A DNA stretch of 43,433 nt from Candidatus Magasanikiibacteriota bacterium (GCA_021648085.1 JAKITS010000001.1:1-43433), one strand, 5' to 3'; shown: positions 29,401 to 36,181, numbered from the stretch's first letter. Numbers and translations: made by a program. Notes: a model not told the origin generated them from the letters alone.

Positions 29401-32043
29401 AATGGTGGTGGAGAAGTTTATTGTACTCAAAGTACATCTCGTGGTGCTGGGGAGTATGATGAGGGTATGTATATTTTTAAGAACTTTGGTGATTTGGATT
29501 CTATTAGTGGCGAACTCAATCCACCTTCAAATAATGATAAATTTGATAATATTTTTTTAAAAACAGGAAAAGCAGTAAAAAACCCATATATTGATTCTTT
29601 TTCAGGTTTTACATATTTTACACATCCTTATATAGAAAATTATGTAAATAAAACAAGTGATTCAAATGGAAAAGAAAACTTTTATTCACTTATGCAATCA
29701 TGGGCTTGGAAATATATAAACACAAATGCAAGAATTTTAAGATTGGAATTAAATGGCAATGGTTTTAGTGGTCGGGCAAGTGGTGATAAAGACACAACAG
29801 ATCCATATAAACAATATTTCTTTGCTCCGCAAGTTTATAATACAGCAGGAGTTGCTATGCATTCACCACGAATTTGGGATGATACTGTTCTTGGAATGGA
29901 ATATTATTATTATACTCAATTTAAAACAGGAGCGAACGATGATCTTTATGATGATAGAAATATTTTCACAGATTCAATGTCGGCAGAAAAAACTGCTGGA
30001 TTAGAAGATGATTTATACATATCTCCTATACAAAAAACTTTAATAGAAAGTGAGTTTGAAAAAGTTTATTTTGTTGGCTTAAAACATGTTAATAATTATG
30101 AACAGGGGATAACACCTGCGTTATTAACGACAGATTTTAGTTTAAATATAAAAGAGTTAAAACAAAGATTAGAGGACAATAAACCAAATAATGAATCTAT
30201 ATTTAAATCTGGAGTTTCTCAAGCGTTAGGTAGTCATTATTCAAAAAATTTAATGCTGGATGATAATTTGGGAGTTACTTGGTCTTATGTGTTAGAAAGA
30301 ACAGGTTCATCTTCGGAATGTGGTGGGTTGTTTTCTTATTGCGATTATGTAAACAATGAATTTATTCTAAATTATAATAATCCAGAAGTAAACGGAATTA
30401 GAAATCAAATAAATAGAAGATATGTTATTGTATTTTTTGAAGATATTGGAAGAAAAGGTGAAAGATTTTTACCTGTTTTTGTAAATAAAAATGGACCACC
30501 ATTAAATAGTACACAAGATCCTTTTTCTGCAGGATGCGTAGATGGACAGGGTGGTTATTTGGCAATTGGAATGGATTTTAATAGAGGTGGAGAATTTTTG
30601 GGATATATTTCTAAATGGTGTAATTCAACTAAAAGTAGTGGAACGGCAGGTATCCAACTTGCGACAATTGCAACATTAAATGATTATTGTACAGAATTTA
30701 CCTCTGTTTATAATCCAGATGAAGATACTACAAATAAAGCATGGACAGATAGGGTTTGGAAGTATGCTAGGGAAAATAGATTTGTAACCCCTTATAGACA
30801 AATTACTCTTAGCACATTATTACAACCTTTTGGATCTACTTTGCTTTCAATGAATAATTTGAATAAATATGATGGAAGTGGGGATTTCACAGAAAAATAT
30901 GTTTTGAATAATCCTATAAAAGGTGTTCCATATATGTGTGATTATTCTAATTTTACTGTATTTGATTTGAAAAATTATGCTTGTTTAGCTTTAAACAATG
31001 TAGGTTATCCAGACTCTTTAACAAGTAAATTATCAGAAGCCTCAGCAAGGTTTGCACCTGCTGGTTATGAATTTGGTAAAGATGCTATACAAGCTATTTT
31101 TGCAAAAATATTTACTCCTTCTATTGAAGAAGGCTTAAGTGAATTGGATTCAAATTGGGATAAAGAAATATTAATTACAAGTGAACTTAGAGATTTATAT
31201 CCACCTCAGATTTACTCACTTAATCCTGATAAATGTTTTAATATAAATGGAAAAAGTCAGACCTGTGTTGGTGCAGAAAAAAACTCAATAACAGTAAATG
31301 GAAAAAATGGAACTTTGTTAGATTATAATGGCGATGGTTTTCCAGATGAAGACAAAGATAAAAACGGTGAGACAGATTCTATAATTGGAGTTGGAAATAA
31401 ATCTGTTTCCTTAAACTTTTTTGCTTGGGCGGACGACAATAGAATGCCAATAAGAAGAATAATGGTAGATTGGAGTGATAATAGTCTAATTACAAATGAA
31501 AATAAAATGGGTTTTTATAAAAATAAAAAACCATTTTGTGGTGGTGAAACTGCAGAAAATGTAAAAGTATGTGTAAATAAGGCTACACGTTCAGATATAG
31601 AATATATTAAGACAGGTCTTACTTGTCAAGAAGATTCTGATTGTTCAAGTGATAATACTTGTAGAGATATAGGAGCTAGTGATAATTTTGGTTCATCATC
31701 TCGTGCTTGTGAAGAAGGGTATTTTGAATTTGGACATAGTTATACTTGTGGGCCAGAAGACGAAGGAAAAGATTATTGGACATTAGTTTCTGGAGAGATT
31801 GGTGGAGTTGCAAACTTTACATCAGGACAAAGAGATCAATTATCTAAATTTGGTGTTGGTGCAAATGATTATGTGTGTGTATTCCAACCAAAAGTTCAGG
31901 TTTTGGATAACTGGGGTTGGTGTAATACAAGTGATGGAACAGGTCAATATAATGATGATAATTTTGATTGTGATTTTGGTAATAGTGAAGTTTGGACGTA
32001 TTATAAAAATAAAATAATAATAATTCCTCCTAAAAAAGATTAA
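23434..32043 (+). CDS. Giant (2869 aa) secreted cysteine-rich surface protein with one CBM/jelly-roll-like module
   Basis: Uninterrupted ORF with a signal-like N-terminus (VIIGFVISTQVFIGLLFAGPVKA). It has many closely spaced Cys and a recurrent GC[RSEDGQ][AE][FYV] motif. Nt about 26545-27006 read like a CBM4/9-type beta-sandwich (GWDSSDG...HSLQV...YELSFWSRG...WKEYKLGPVEF...VYFIDNARL). A DGFPDEDKDKNGETD acidic loop lies near the C-terminus. Confidence 0.85.
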   Translation: MFKKTQGFARKVIIGFVISTQVFIGLLFAGPVKAGTMESAGSFINKFSGDSPIGDVVNEAADKAASKLGYPVVVTTDLGDYVEMAWQSIYEASLNALMGGFSHFMNQLAYDTALYVTSGGSGQGALVFQDGFGSYLEKTFEASTMAALGELEDHYGINLCEPNTEIKFFLNVGIQDLLLPEIGPPTPPACTWQKMSKGWSNAYYQTVNQLEGILDAPPIEVAFLESANLADSDFGIAFGAIDLVRKKAARDTEGAKNERLEGNGFKPVKDLVSGAIVTPAHLIGEEAEGLTGKSFAQINNTQVAGLYGSQALNVVIGASGIFLNNVASQMLKKIMQEGLLPVPIGDSSSFGSAGLGDYRRAAESAFSFFFTSVPTKQLNAYSLETIFAACPDNPGLNNCVIDSGMQRILQIAKQGTPLTVQEAVDQGMLDPNKPFISPKRLLDHNDVKTCYLKGFCYSNLQKLRKVRVLPVGFELAALRSDPDNLQAWTLGKVMAGFEDCTRDGDGKAIFDIAKPFCHLVDPNWTIKIPETRCESLVNGPELLDSNISNRKEECVDVSTCVTEGENGECLGDFGYCTEEKNVWRIEGETCPAEYTTCRNYVAQSGEINSYLSRTVDYGECRAESVGCRAYSTEKSGDIWTSSADASSRLKNLGRNQTIYFGSEINASTCPANAAGCSAFYTLNQEGEKGRLTYLKKAPDYLTCYDTQPATPEIDWPTTKADLSLLTNNDKCDAYAEVCLPEEVACDLYTPLAGGPELSGVIGNNICASECVGYDTFRQESTSFAPEEYPLYLIPTNGDVCSAQYAGCDEFTNIEAGSAGGETLEYYSDFKQCEKPDSGNDKVFYSWEGSVSEGFVLKVHHLSPIDDARNSYIQNLSLFANAKNDLVVGSPAYSDDTAQSLKNNYKSCNEKNYNILINDPFSIDSADEDCRAFYDDEGEVFYRLFAKTITVSNSCHKIRKTESRLFVDNTIGDQNSCDLKNGVWDGASCERCFNGGSYENGACIYQTISSPSESNSCPVSVNGCRAYVGNAGNNIREIMFDSFEPFDNSPNALLSAREGWDSSDGTGLSVVGEATQAGLHSLQVNSDIISREFDAGDITPNSFYELSFWSRGVPQNLDIIMKDDSGLGVSFTVNSITNSTALVSIGDNWKEYKLGPVEFKGAGVANIEFTRSAIGSTSLGVYFIDNARLTKVNDFTYLVKDSWQTSEGYNVPLSCDNTPEDSLPGFALGCEAFNDQLGTTYYATGFENLCRVEAVGCEPLLDTFNTTEGQDSELAQIFNAWCEGGVGECTISVDEPTSDRNNTQIQKKINIGSCNVDIDQDGCYISKIIVPSHIEIGDLDYVRVETTVIIPADTSIENPIYLTNSQKYKCSPQKLGCQEVALESHILPSNQPQAFEFSEQFVLSNPNNYQETLCQSDQVGCGEFRSDKNISYFVDPKITGGSVCVYKSIGASGSDNYGWFLDGIGSCSSGNGDLCKVDDDCSGDTNICENVGSTACYDGYIKQGGELGIWSNESVNYDGFVGACEQQYNACTELVDPADTSNNADGKSYFVVYDEKMQDQSGECGGQVSQNDGCVLFDKTDNPNKIYNSVETYKNSEDADPKFGPVNPVMDGVKDTNVILKVNRDRECSEWLACKTSVPFTDEKGVRTELCYQYDLCNESLPGVGCISWVGDDNENITLSPEEYVVRGTSWYDNEYTGYSLLNKYPVQDFVYVDFDLSDDADKELDDEFGDSLFLGYEFVPAPSFEQFGCVLNGVKKEQFQVCGLTNGGICTDNGQCIKPTDGAFIGGIEEKNEKSFRNSRLVLETLDVGICKSFPEKDSPFGFDIVVNSYKTLITNGVSATRKRITDKKRVFSGANTCQDGECSCEYKKVSYGGSVVDYWPLTKSDQEIPGGVCASGSLGGNPCNYNSDCSILSDEGLSSYGSCIKRFNTERRIGLRGFCLEYDLSRPIGNGEYACLTWLPVDASASKIDLHNYYPEAGYYPVPEYDAPNGGGEVYCTQSTSRGAGEYDEGMYIFKNFGDLDSISGELNPPSNNDKFDNIFLKTGKAVKNPYIDSFSGFTYFTHPYIENYVNKTSDSNGKENFYSLMQSWAWKYINTNARILRLELNGNGFSGRASGDKDTTDPYKQYFFAPQVYNTAGVAMHSPRIWDDTVLGMEYYYYTQFKTGANDDLYDDRNIFTDSMSAEKTAGLEDDLYISPIQKTLIESEFEKVYFVGLKHVNNYEQGITPALLTTDFSLNIKELKQRLEDNKPNNESIFKSGVSQALGSHYSKNLMLDDNLGVTWSYVLERTGSSSECGGLFSYCDYVNNEFILNYNNPEVNGIRNQINRRYVIVFFEDIGRKGERFLPVFVNKNGPPLNSTQDPFSAGCVDGQGGYLAIGMDFNRGGEFLGYISKWCNSTKSSGTAGIQLATIATLNDYCTEFTSVYNPDEDTTNKAWTDRVWKYARENRFVTPYRQITLSTLLQPFGSTLLSMNNLNKYDGSGDFTEKYVLNNPIKGVPYMCDYSNFTVFDLKNYACLALNNVGYPDSLTSKLSEASARFAPAGYEFGKDAIQAIFAKIFTPSIEEGLSELDSNWDKEILITSELRDLYPPQIYSLNPDKCFNINGKSQTCVGAEKNSITVNGKNGTLLDYNGDGFPDEDKDKNGETDSIIGVGNKSVSLNFFAWADDNRMPIRRIMVDWSDNSLITNENKMGFYKNKKPFCGGETAENVKVCVNKATRSDIEYIKTGLTCQEDSDCSSDNTCRDIGASDNFGSSSRACEEGYFEFGHSYTCGPEDEGKDYWTLVSGEIGGVANFTSGQRDQLSKFGVGANDYVCVFQPKVQVLDNWGWCNTSDGTGQYNDDNFDCDFGNSEVWTYYKNKIIIIPPKKD

Positions 32044-32047
32044 TAAA

Positions 32048-32082
32048 AAGGAAACCCCACTTCGAATGAAGTGGGGTTTTTG
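32048..32082 (+). terminator. Intrinsic terminator after the giant gene
   Basis: AACCCCACTTCgaatGAAGTGGGGTTtttt. Confidence 0.8.
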
Positions 32083-32104
32083 TTAAAGTAAGTAATTTCT
32101 TTTG

Positions 32105-32638
32105 TTAAAGTGAACAAGTTCCTTTATTATTACCATCTGAATTTACGAGAGAAAAGGAGTCTGGCGGAGAAAAAATTACAAGTGGAGAGTCAACAGGTTT
32201 ATTGTTTAGTGTTTTCTCACAAAACACCAAACATTCTCCGTCAACTTCATTTATAGAACAAGTTCTCCACTCACACTGTCCACCATTTGGACAACACCAG
32301 AAGTTATTATTCAACCATTCATAATCAGCACAAGGGCTAACCACAACCTCATCCTCTACCACATCCACGTTAGTCGTGTTTGTAGTATCGATTTCGGTCG
32401 CGTCGGCGGTATCACCAACAAATTCGTTGGCAACATCCGAACCATCTACCATATCGGTAGGTGGGTTTGCATTATCACAGCCAGCAAGCAATACGCTCAT
32501 CACTGTGACAAAAAGCATAGTAAAAATGCAACCGATTAGCCAAATCGTAAAGGGGTAACTAGCCTCCAAAGCCACAACGGCTACGGAGGGGACACGGCGA
32601 TGCTTCGAGTAAAAAGGATGTCCTTTTTGATGTTTCAT
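32105..32638 (-). CDS. Lipoprotein with a C-terminal 7-Cys module
   Basis: AAGGAGaaaatcATG at 32638 and lipobox VLLAGC. The C-terminus reads C-x11-CC-x5-C-x4-C-x8-C-x3-C (CADYEWLNNNFWCCPNGGQCEWRTCSINEVDGECLVFC). The longer ORF to 32794 would include the promoter and leader. Confidence 0.7.
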   Translation of the reverse strand: MKHQKGHPFYSKHRRVPSVAVVALEASYPFTIWLIGCIFTMLFVTVMSVLLAGCDNANPPTDMVDGSDVANEFVGDTADATEIDTTNTTNVDVVEDEVVVSPCADYEWLNNNFWCCPNGGQCEWRTCSINEVDGECLVFCEKTLNNKPVDSPLVIFSPPDSFSLVNSDGNNKGTCSL

Positions 32639-32731
32639 GATTTTCTCCTTTGTTTTCCCACAATTCTTGTGGGTTTTTCCGTTTTTGTAAATAACCCCTC
32701 TCGGGGCTAAATGTAAATGAACTATTACTAA

Positions 32732-32760
32732 AATATAGCATATTTTACTACTTTTGTCAA
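32732..32760 (-). promoter_or_regulatory. Strong promoter of the lipoprotein gene
   Basis: Minus strand: TTGACA (rc 32755-32760), 17-nt spacer, TGcTATATT (rc 32732-32740). Confidence 0.5.
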
Positions 32761-32837
32761 GGTTTTTGGAGTAAAAAGTCTTCAAAAAAGTCAAAAGTCT
32801 ATAAAGTTTGTAAAGTGAAAAGTTAGAAAACCTGCAT

Positions 32838-32926
32838 TTTCATTCCCGGCTCGATCGGGAATCCAGGGTTAAAAACAGTAAAACGTTAAATAAAACTGGA
32901 TCCCCAATCAAGTTGAGGATGACAGG
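32838..32926. repeat. Family-2 palindromic element
   Basis: TTCATTCCCGGCTCGATCGGGAATCCAGG ... CTGGATCCCCAATCAAGTTGAGGATGACAGG. Confidence 0.8.
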
Positions 32927-32976
32927 ACAGGGGGGGTCGAAAGTTTATAAAGTCCATAAAGTATAAAGTTTTTTTT

Positions 32977-33061
32977 CGTCATTCTCAGCTCGACTGGGAA
33001 TCCAAAATCTACAAATGTAAACTATTTTTATATAAAAATACATAAACTTTAATAATTACAT
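32977..33061. repeat. Family-2 half element plus unique tail; direct repeat partner of 42074..42158
   Basis: Aligns gaplessly to 42074-42158 (offset 9097 nt) at roughly three-quarters identity, with a perfect 28-nt block at 33030-33057 = 42127-42154 (atataaaaatacataaactttaataatt). Confidence 0.8.
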
Positions 33062-33143
33062 ATAAGATATATTAAGATTTGCTTCTGGATAGTAGTAGTC
33101 AGTAAAAAAACTATGATGGTGACTTATCTAAAAAAAGTATTAC

Positions 33144-33674
33144 TTATAAAGTTTGCGATTTAATCATTAAAGGCACATACCCCTCTTTAATAATGTCTGT
33201 AGGACTAGTACCTAACTTAAGGAGTAGTTCTTCTATTTTTTGTTCAATCTGCTTTCTATCATCCTCGTTACCCCTGCCTTCTATCTCAACAAAATAACCA
33301 AGATCTTTTATCAAATCAATATTAATTTCAAATGAGTTTAACATATATGTTTTCCTTGTCTTTTCTATCTTAACAACTTCAACATAATTATTATTTTTTA
33401 AAATACTTTCTAACTCATCAGGCTCATTTAATTCTAAGTCAACATCTGGCCATGCTGTATCATGTTTTTTAGATTTAGATTTAAAAGTTAGTTGATTGCC
33501 ATTTTCTGTTTTTCTAATGCGAAGAATTAAATTTCTGTCTATATCAGACACATGTTTAAAATAAATGTCAATTTGTCTTGACTCTTGAGAAAAAATTGCA
33601 TTTAAATCTTTCAATTTATTTACAAGATTAATTGCATTACTTTCTTTTATTTTAGCTCTGATTTCTATTTCCAT
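33144..33674 (-). CDS. CYTH-domain protein (class IV adenylyl cyclase CyaB / triphosphate tunnel metalloenzyme family)
   Basis: N-terminal MEIEIRAKI (the EXEXK signature), ILRIRK, LTFKSK, KTRKTY and YFVEIEG strands typical of the CYTH tunnel. 176 aa. Confidence 0.8.
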   Translation of the reverse strand: MEIEIRAKIKESNAINLVNKLKDLNAIFSQESRQIDIYFKHVSDIDRNLILRIRKTENGNQLTFKSKSKKHDTAWPDVDLELNEPDELESILKNNNYVEVVKIEKTRKTYMLNSFEINIDLIKDLGYFVEIEGRGNEDDRKQIEQKIEELLLKLGTSPTDIIKEGYVPLMIKSQTL

Positions 33675-33732
33675 ATTTATTTTGATTATTGAGTATATGT
33701 ATAATTTTAAATCACTTTACAATAAAAGACAA

Positions 33733-33768
33733 ATAAAAAAACCGCCATATGTAATATGCATAACGGTT
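33733..33768 (-). terminator. Intrinsic terminator after the radical SAM gene
   Basis: Minus strand: ACCGUUAUGcauauuaCAUAUGGCGGU (two G.U pairs) followed by seven U. Confidence 0.55.
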
Positions 33769-33773
33769 TTACT

Positions 33774-34742
33774 TTATTTCTTTAAGAGGTGTTCTTTAAA
33801 TTCAGAAAAAATTCTATGCTGAAAAAAATCTTCAAAAGGTAATACAAAAGGTTCTTTTTGCCTATGCAAACAACTTCTTACCTTCAGCCTGTCACCTTCT
33901 TTTTCTAATCTTGGTCCATAAACATACTCATGGCATTCACCATTTTGCTCAAGTGAACAGTTATTACAAATACTTGCAAGCATGAAAGGTCTAATTAATT
34001 TTATTTTAAAGATAAAGCCACTTTCTACTCTCATGGTTATTGAGAAAGAGGAGCTTCCATTTGTTACAATAGCTTCTACAGGAACTGCTTTTAGTGTCGT
34101 ACTCATTCTACTTAACGAAGCATACGATTCCTTTGGAATACCCAATTGATTCATGGCACGCCACTCTAAATTGTTAGTCTCACAGAATTCTGCAATTTCG
34201 AGTGCATCCAGTTCATTTGAGCCAACACATGTATTAACCTTAACAGATATCAAACTTGATATTTCTTTTAAAAAAAGAAATTGTGTAGTAATAATTGTCT
34301 TCTGACCCCATCTAATGGAGCGTGGGGGTTCCATTGTATTAGACAAAGAAGTAGGATTTAATGTGTGCAAACTAACATTTAAGCTTGACAGTCCACTTTC
34401 AATGCATTCAAGATATCGATCAAGATAAGTTACTCCGTTTGTGGTCATTTTTACATCAAAACCTTCTTGCTTGCATCTTTTTATGTATTTAATTACGTTT
34501 GGATGAATTGAAGGCTCACCACCAGTAAAATGAACTTCGCTAATATTCATTTCTCGTCTAAACTTATCAAGAATAGTTATCAATTTTTCTATATCATCTA
34601 TGGGTGTTGAATACTGATTGCCTTCCATGTGGCAAAAATGACAACTAAATTGACAAGGTGTGTGCAATTTAACACGAATTGTTTTCAATACTTTATATAC
34701 AATCCTACCTTGTTTCTCAAGTTCAGACAGTATATTTTTCAT
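33774..34742 (-). CDS. Radical SAM enzyme, MoaA-like (GTP 3',8-cyclase family architecture)
   Basis: CQFSCHFCHMEG (CxxxCxxC), VHFTGGEPS, KMTTNGV, LNVSLHTL and VKVNTCV. The C-terminal ICNNC...C...RLKVRSCL resembles the MoaA auxiliary-cluster tail. The ATG overlaps the kinase TGA (ATGA). Confidence 0.75.
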   Translation of the reverse strand: MKNILSELEKQGRIVYKVLKTIRVKLHTPCQFSCHFCHMEGNQYSTPIDDIEKLITILDKFRREMNISEVHFTGGEPSIHPNVIKYIKRCKQEGFDVKMTTNGVTYLDRYLECIESGLSSLNVSLHTLNPTSLSNTMEPPRSIRWGQKTIITTQFLFLKEISSLISVKVNTCVGSNELDALEIAEFCETNNLEWRAMNQLGIPKESYASLSRMSTTLKAVPVEAIVTNGSSSFSITMRVESGFIFKIKLIRPFMLASICNNCSLEQNGECHEYVYGPRLEKEGDRLKVRSCLHRQKEPFVLPFEDFFQHRIFSEFKEHLLKK

Positions 34743-35338
34743 AATACACCTACTTTTTGCTGTTGTTCATTCAATATTGATTTAACAGAATTGAAAACAC
34801 TTTCTTCAGTCTTTTTCGTTGTATCTATTACATAAAACACGTTTTTAAGAGACATGAAATATAATTGTGCTCTATTTAATACAAACTCATCTAGATGGGT
34901 ATATTTTTGTTTTTTAATTTCGCGTTTCCAAATTCTTCTATTTCGTTCTCGTGGGTCACAGGTAAGTAGTATACTTATGTTAGGTGTTATTATAGGAAGT
35001 AAATTGATATCAACACAATCAACAATAACACCCATAACTTTATGCATTATTATTATCGAGTATATATAACGATCAGCAAATACCTTATGTCCTGCATTTA
35101 ATAATGTTGCTAATTCTTTTTGAAACGCAATAACACATGTAATATAGAAGTAAAATCGTACTTCTGGATACTTTAGCAACTCCACTCGTAGTCTAATACT
35201 TTTAAATAATTCTAGCATTGTGTATAAGTAATAATAACCAAGCTCTTCTTCAAGTTTTTTAGCTAGTGTGGTTTTTCCAACTCCGTCGACACCTTCAATA
35301 ACTACAAAATTATAGAACTTTGTTTGTGTACACGTGAT
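34739..35338 (-). CDS. Thymidylate-kinase-like P-loop nucleotide kinase; start codon unresolved
   Basis: The frame is open from 35344. The P-loop FVVIEGVDGVGKTTLAKKLEEELG (35249-35320) lies upstream of the first in-frame ATG/GTG/TTG (35218). ADRYIYS and a basic LID-like DPRERNRRIWKRE follow. GGGAGGA SD at 35339-35345. Confidence 0.6.
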   Translation of the reverse strand: MTCTQTKFYNFVVIEGVDGVGKTTLAKKLEEELGYYYLYTMLELFKSIRLRVELLKYPEVRFYFYITCVIAFQKELATLLNAGHKVFADRYIYSIIIMHKVMGVIVDCVDINLLPIITPNISILLTCDPRERNRRIWKREIKKQKYTHLDEFVLNRAQLYFMSLKNVFYVIDTTKKTEESVFNSVKSILNEQQQKVGVL

Positions 35339-35351
35339 TCCTCCCTATTCT

Positions 35352-35528
35352 CTACTTGATTTCTAGAATTTCCCACTCACAGATAGTACTTCTTACAGAA
35401 AGTTCTATAACTTCTCCAACTTCCTTTAGTAAAAGCTTTCTGGCAATCGGAGTTGTTATTCCAATCACAAAGACAGTGTCTTTATTGTCTTCAAGTTTAC
35501 TTCCGCCAACACCATTTCTTTGACACAA
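35352..35528 (-). pseudogene. greA: 5'-truncated greA remnant (GreA/GreB C-terminal domain only)
   Basis: Minus-frame translation ...GVGGSKLEDNKDTVFVIGITTPIARKLLLKEVGEVIELSVRSTICEWEILEIK* matches the GreA C-terminus (S-PIARaLiGk.vGD.v.v..P.G...yeIl.I). Only a 58-codon frame from a TTG exists, and no N-terminal coiled-coil is encoded upstream. Confidence 0.55.
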
Positions 35529-35571
35529 AACACTAAAGATGCTTAGATAGAATTAGCTTAATTTAAAAAAT

Positions 35572-36180
35572 ATGTTTAAAGAAAAAAGTGGTATTATATT
35601 ATTTGTTTTATTGTCTGCATTTATAATTGGAGGAATTTTTATTTTGTTTAATGTTTTTCAAGATGTGGAAGAGTGGGGAAGTGAGGAAGTTGATAGCGTT
35701 GTAGTAGTAGAAACAGAAAAAAACGATGAAGAAGAAAAACCAAAAGAAGATATTATTGAAATAGTAACCTCCACTATAGAAAATATTGAAGTTGTAGAAA
35801 AAGAAATAATTGTGGAGAAAATAGTAGAAAAAGTGGTGTATATAGAAAAAGAGGTAGAAAAAAAAATAGAAAAACCTATTGAAAAGAATTTAAAACCAGT
35901 TGTAAAAGCCGAGCTTGCTGTATGTTCAGATGATATGCGCTTTCAATGTTGGGATTTACTAACTTGCGAAGAAAATGGAGAGGGTTATGGATCACCAACG
36001 CTTTGGACTGCAAACAATTTGGAGGAGGTGGCGCCAGCTTGTGGACAGTGGACAACGGACTCTGCAAAACTTCCAACAAGTTGGAGTTGTTGTTGTGGTT
36101 ATAGTGAAGATTGGCAAGAAGAAGGTGGAAGTAAAGCGTGTTATTCACCAGTTTACACATCAAACCTAACTTTTGAATAA
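35572..36180 (+). CDS. Membrane-anchored protein: E/K/I/V low-complexity stalk plus one 'QCWD...CCCG' Cys module
   Basis: TM helix IILFVLLSAFIIGGIFILF, a stalk EKEIIVEKIVEKVVYIEKEVEKKIEK, and the module at about 35923-36159 (CSDDMRFQCWDLLTC...GYGSPTLW...SWSCCCGYSEDW...C). Confidence 0.7.
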   Translation: MFKEKSGIILFVLLSAFIIGGIFILFNVFQDVEEWGSEEVDSVVVVETEKNDEEEKPKEDIIEIVTSTIENIEVVEKEIIVEKIVEKVVYIEKEVEKKIEKPIEKNLKPVVKAELAVCSDDMRFQCWDLLTCEENGEGYGSPTLWTANNLEEVAPACGQWTTDSAKLPTSWSCCCGYSEDWQEEGGSKACYSPVYTSNLTFE

Positions 36181-36181
36181 T

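Noticed and set aside
32639-32794. N-terminal 52-aa extension of the lipoprotein ORF
   Set aside because: The extension contains a consensus promoter and two leader hairpins. A strong SD precedes the internal ATG at 32638, which gives a normal signal peptide and lipobox.
33774-34742. Calling the radical SAM protein a prokaryotic viperin
   Set aside because: The motif order (FTGGEPS, MTTNG, NVSLHTL) and the Cys-containing C-terminal tail resemble MoaA. I see none of the viperin C-terminal extension, so only the kinase-adjacent gene context is viperin-like.
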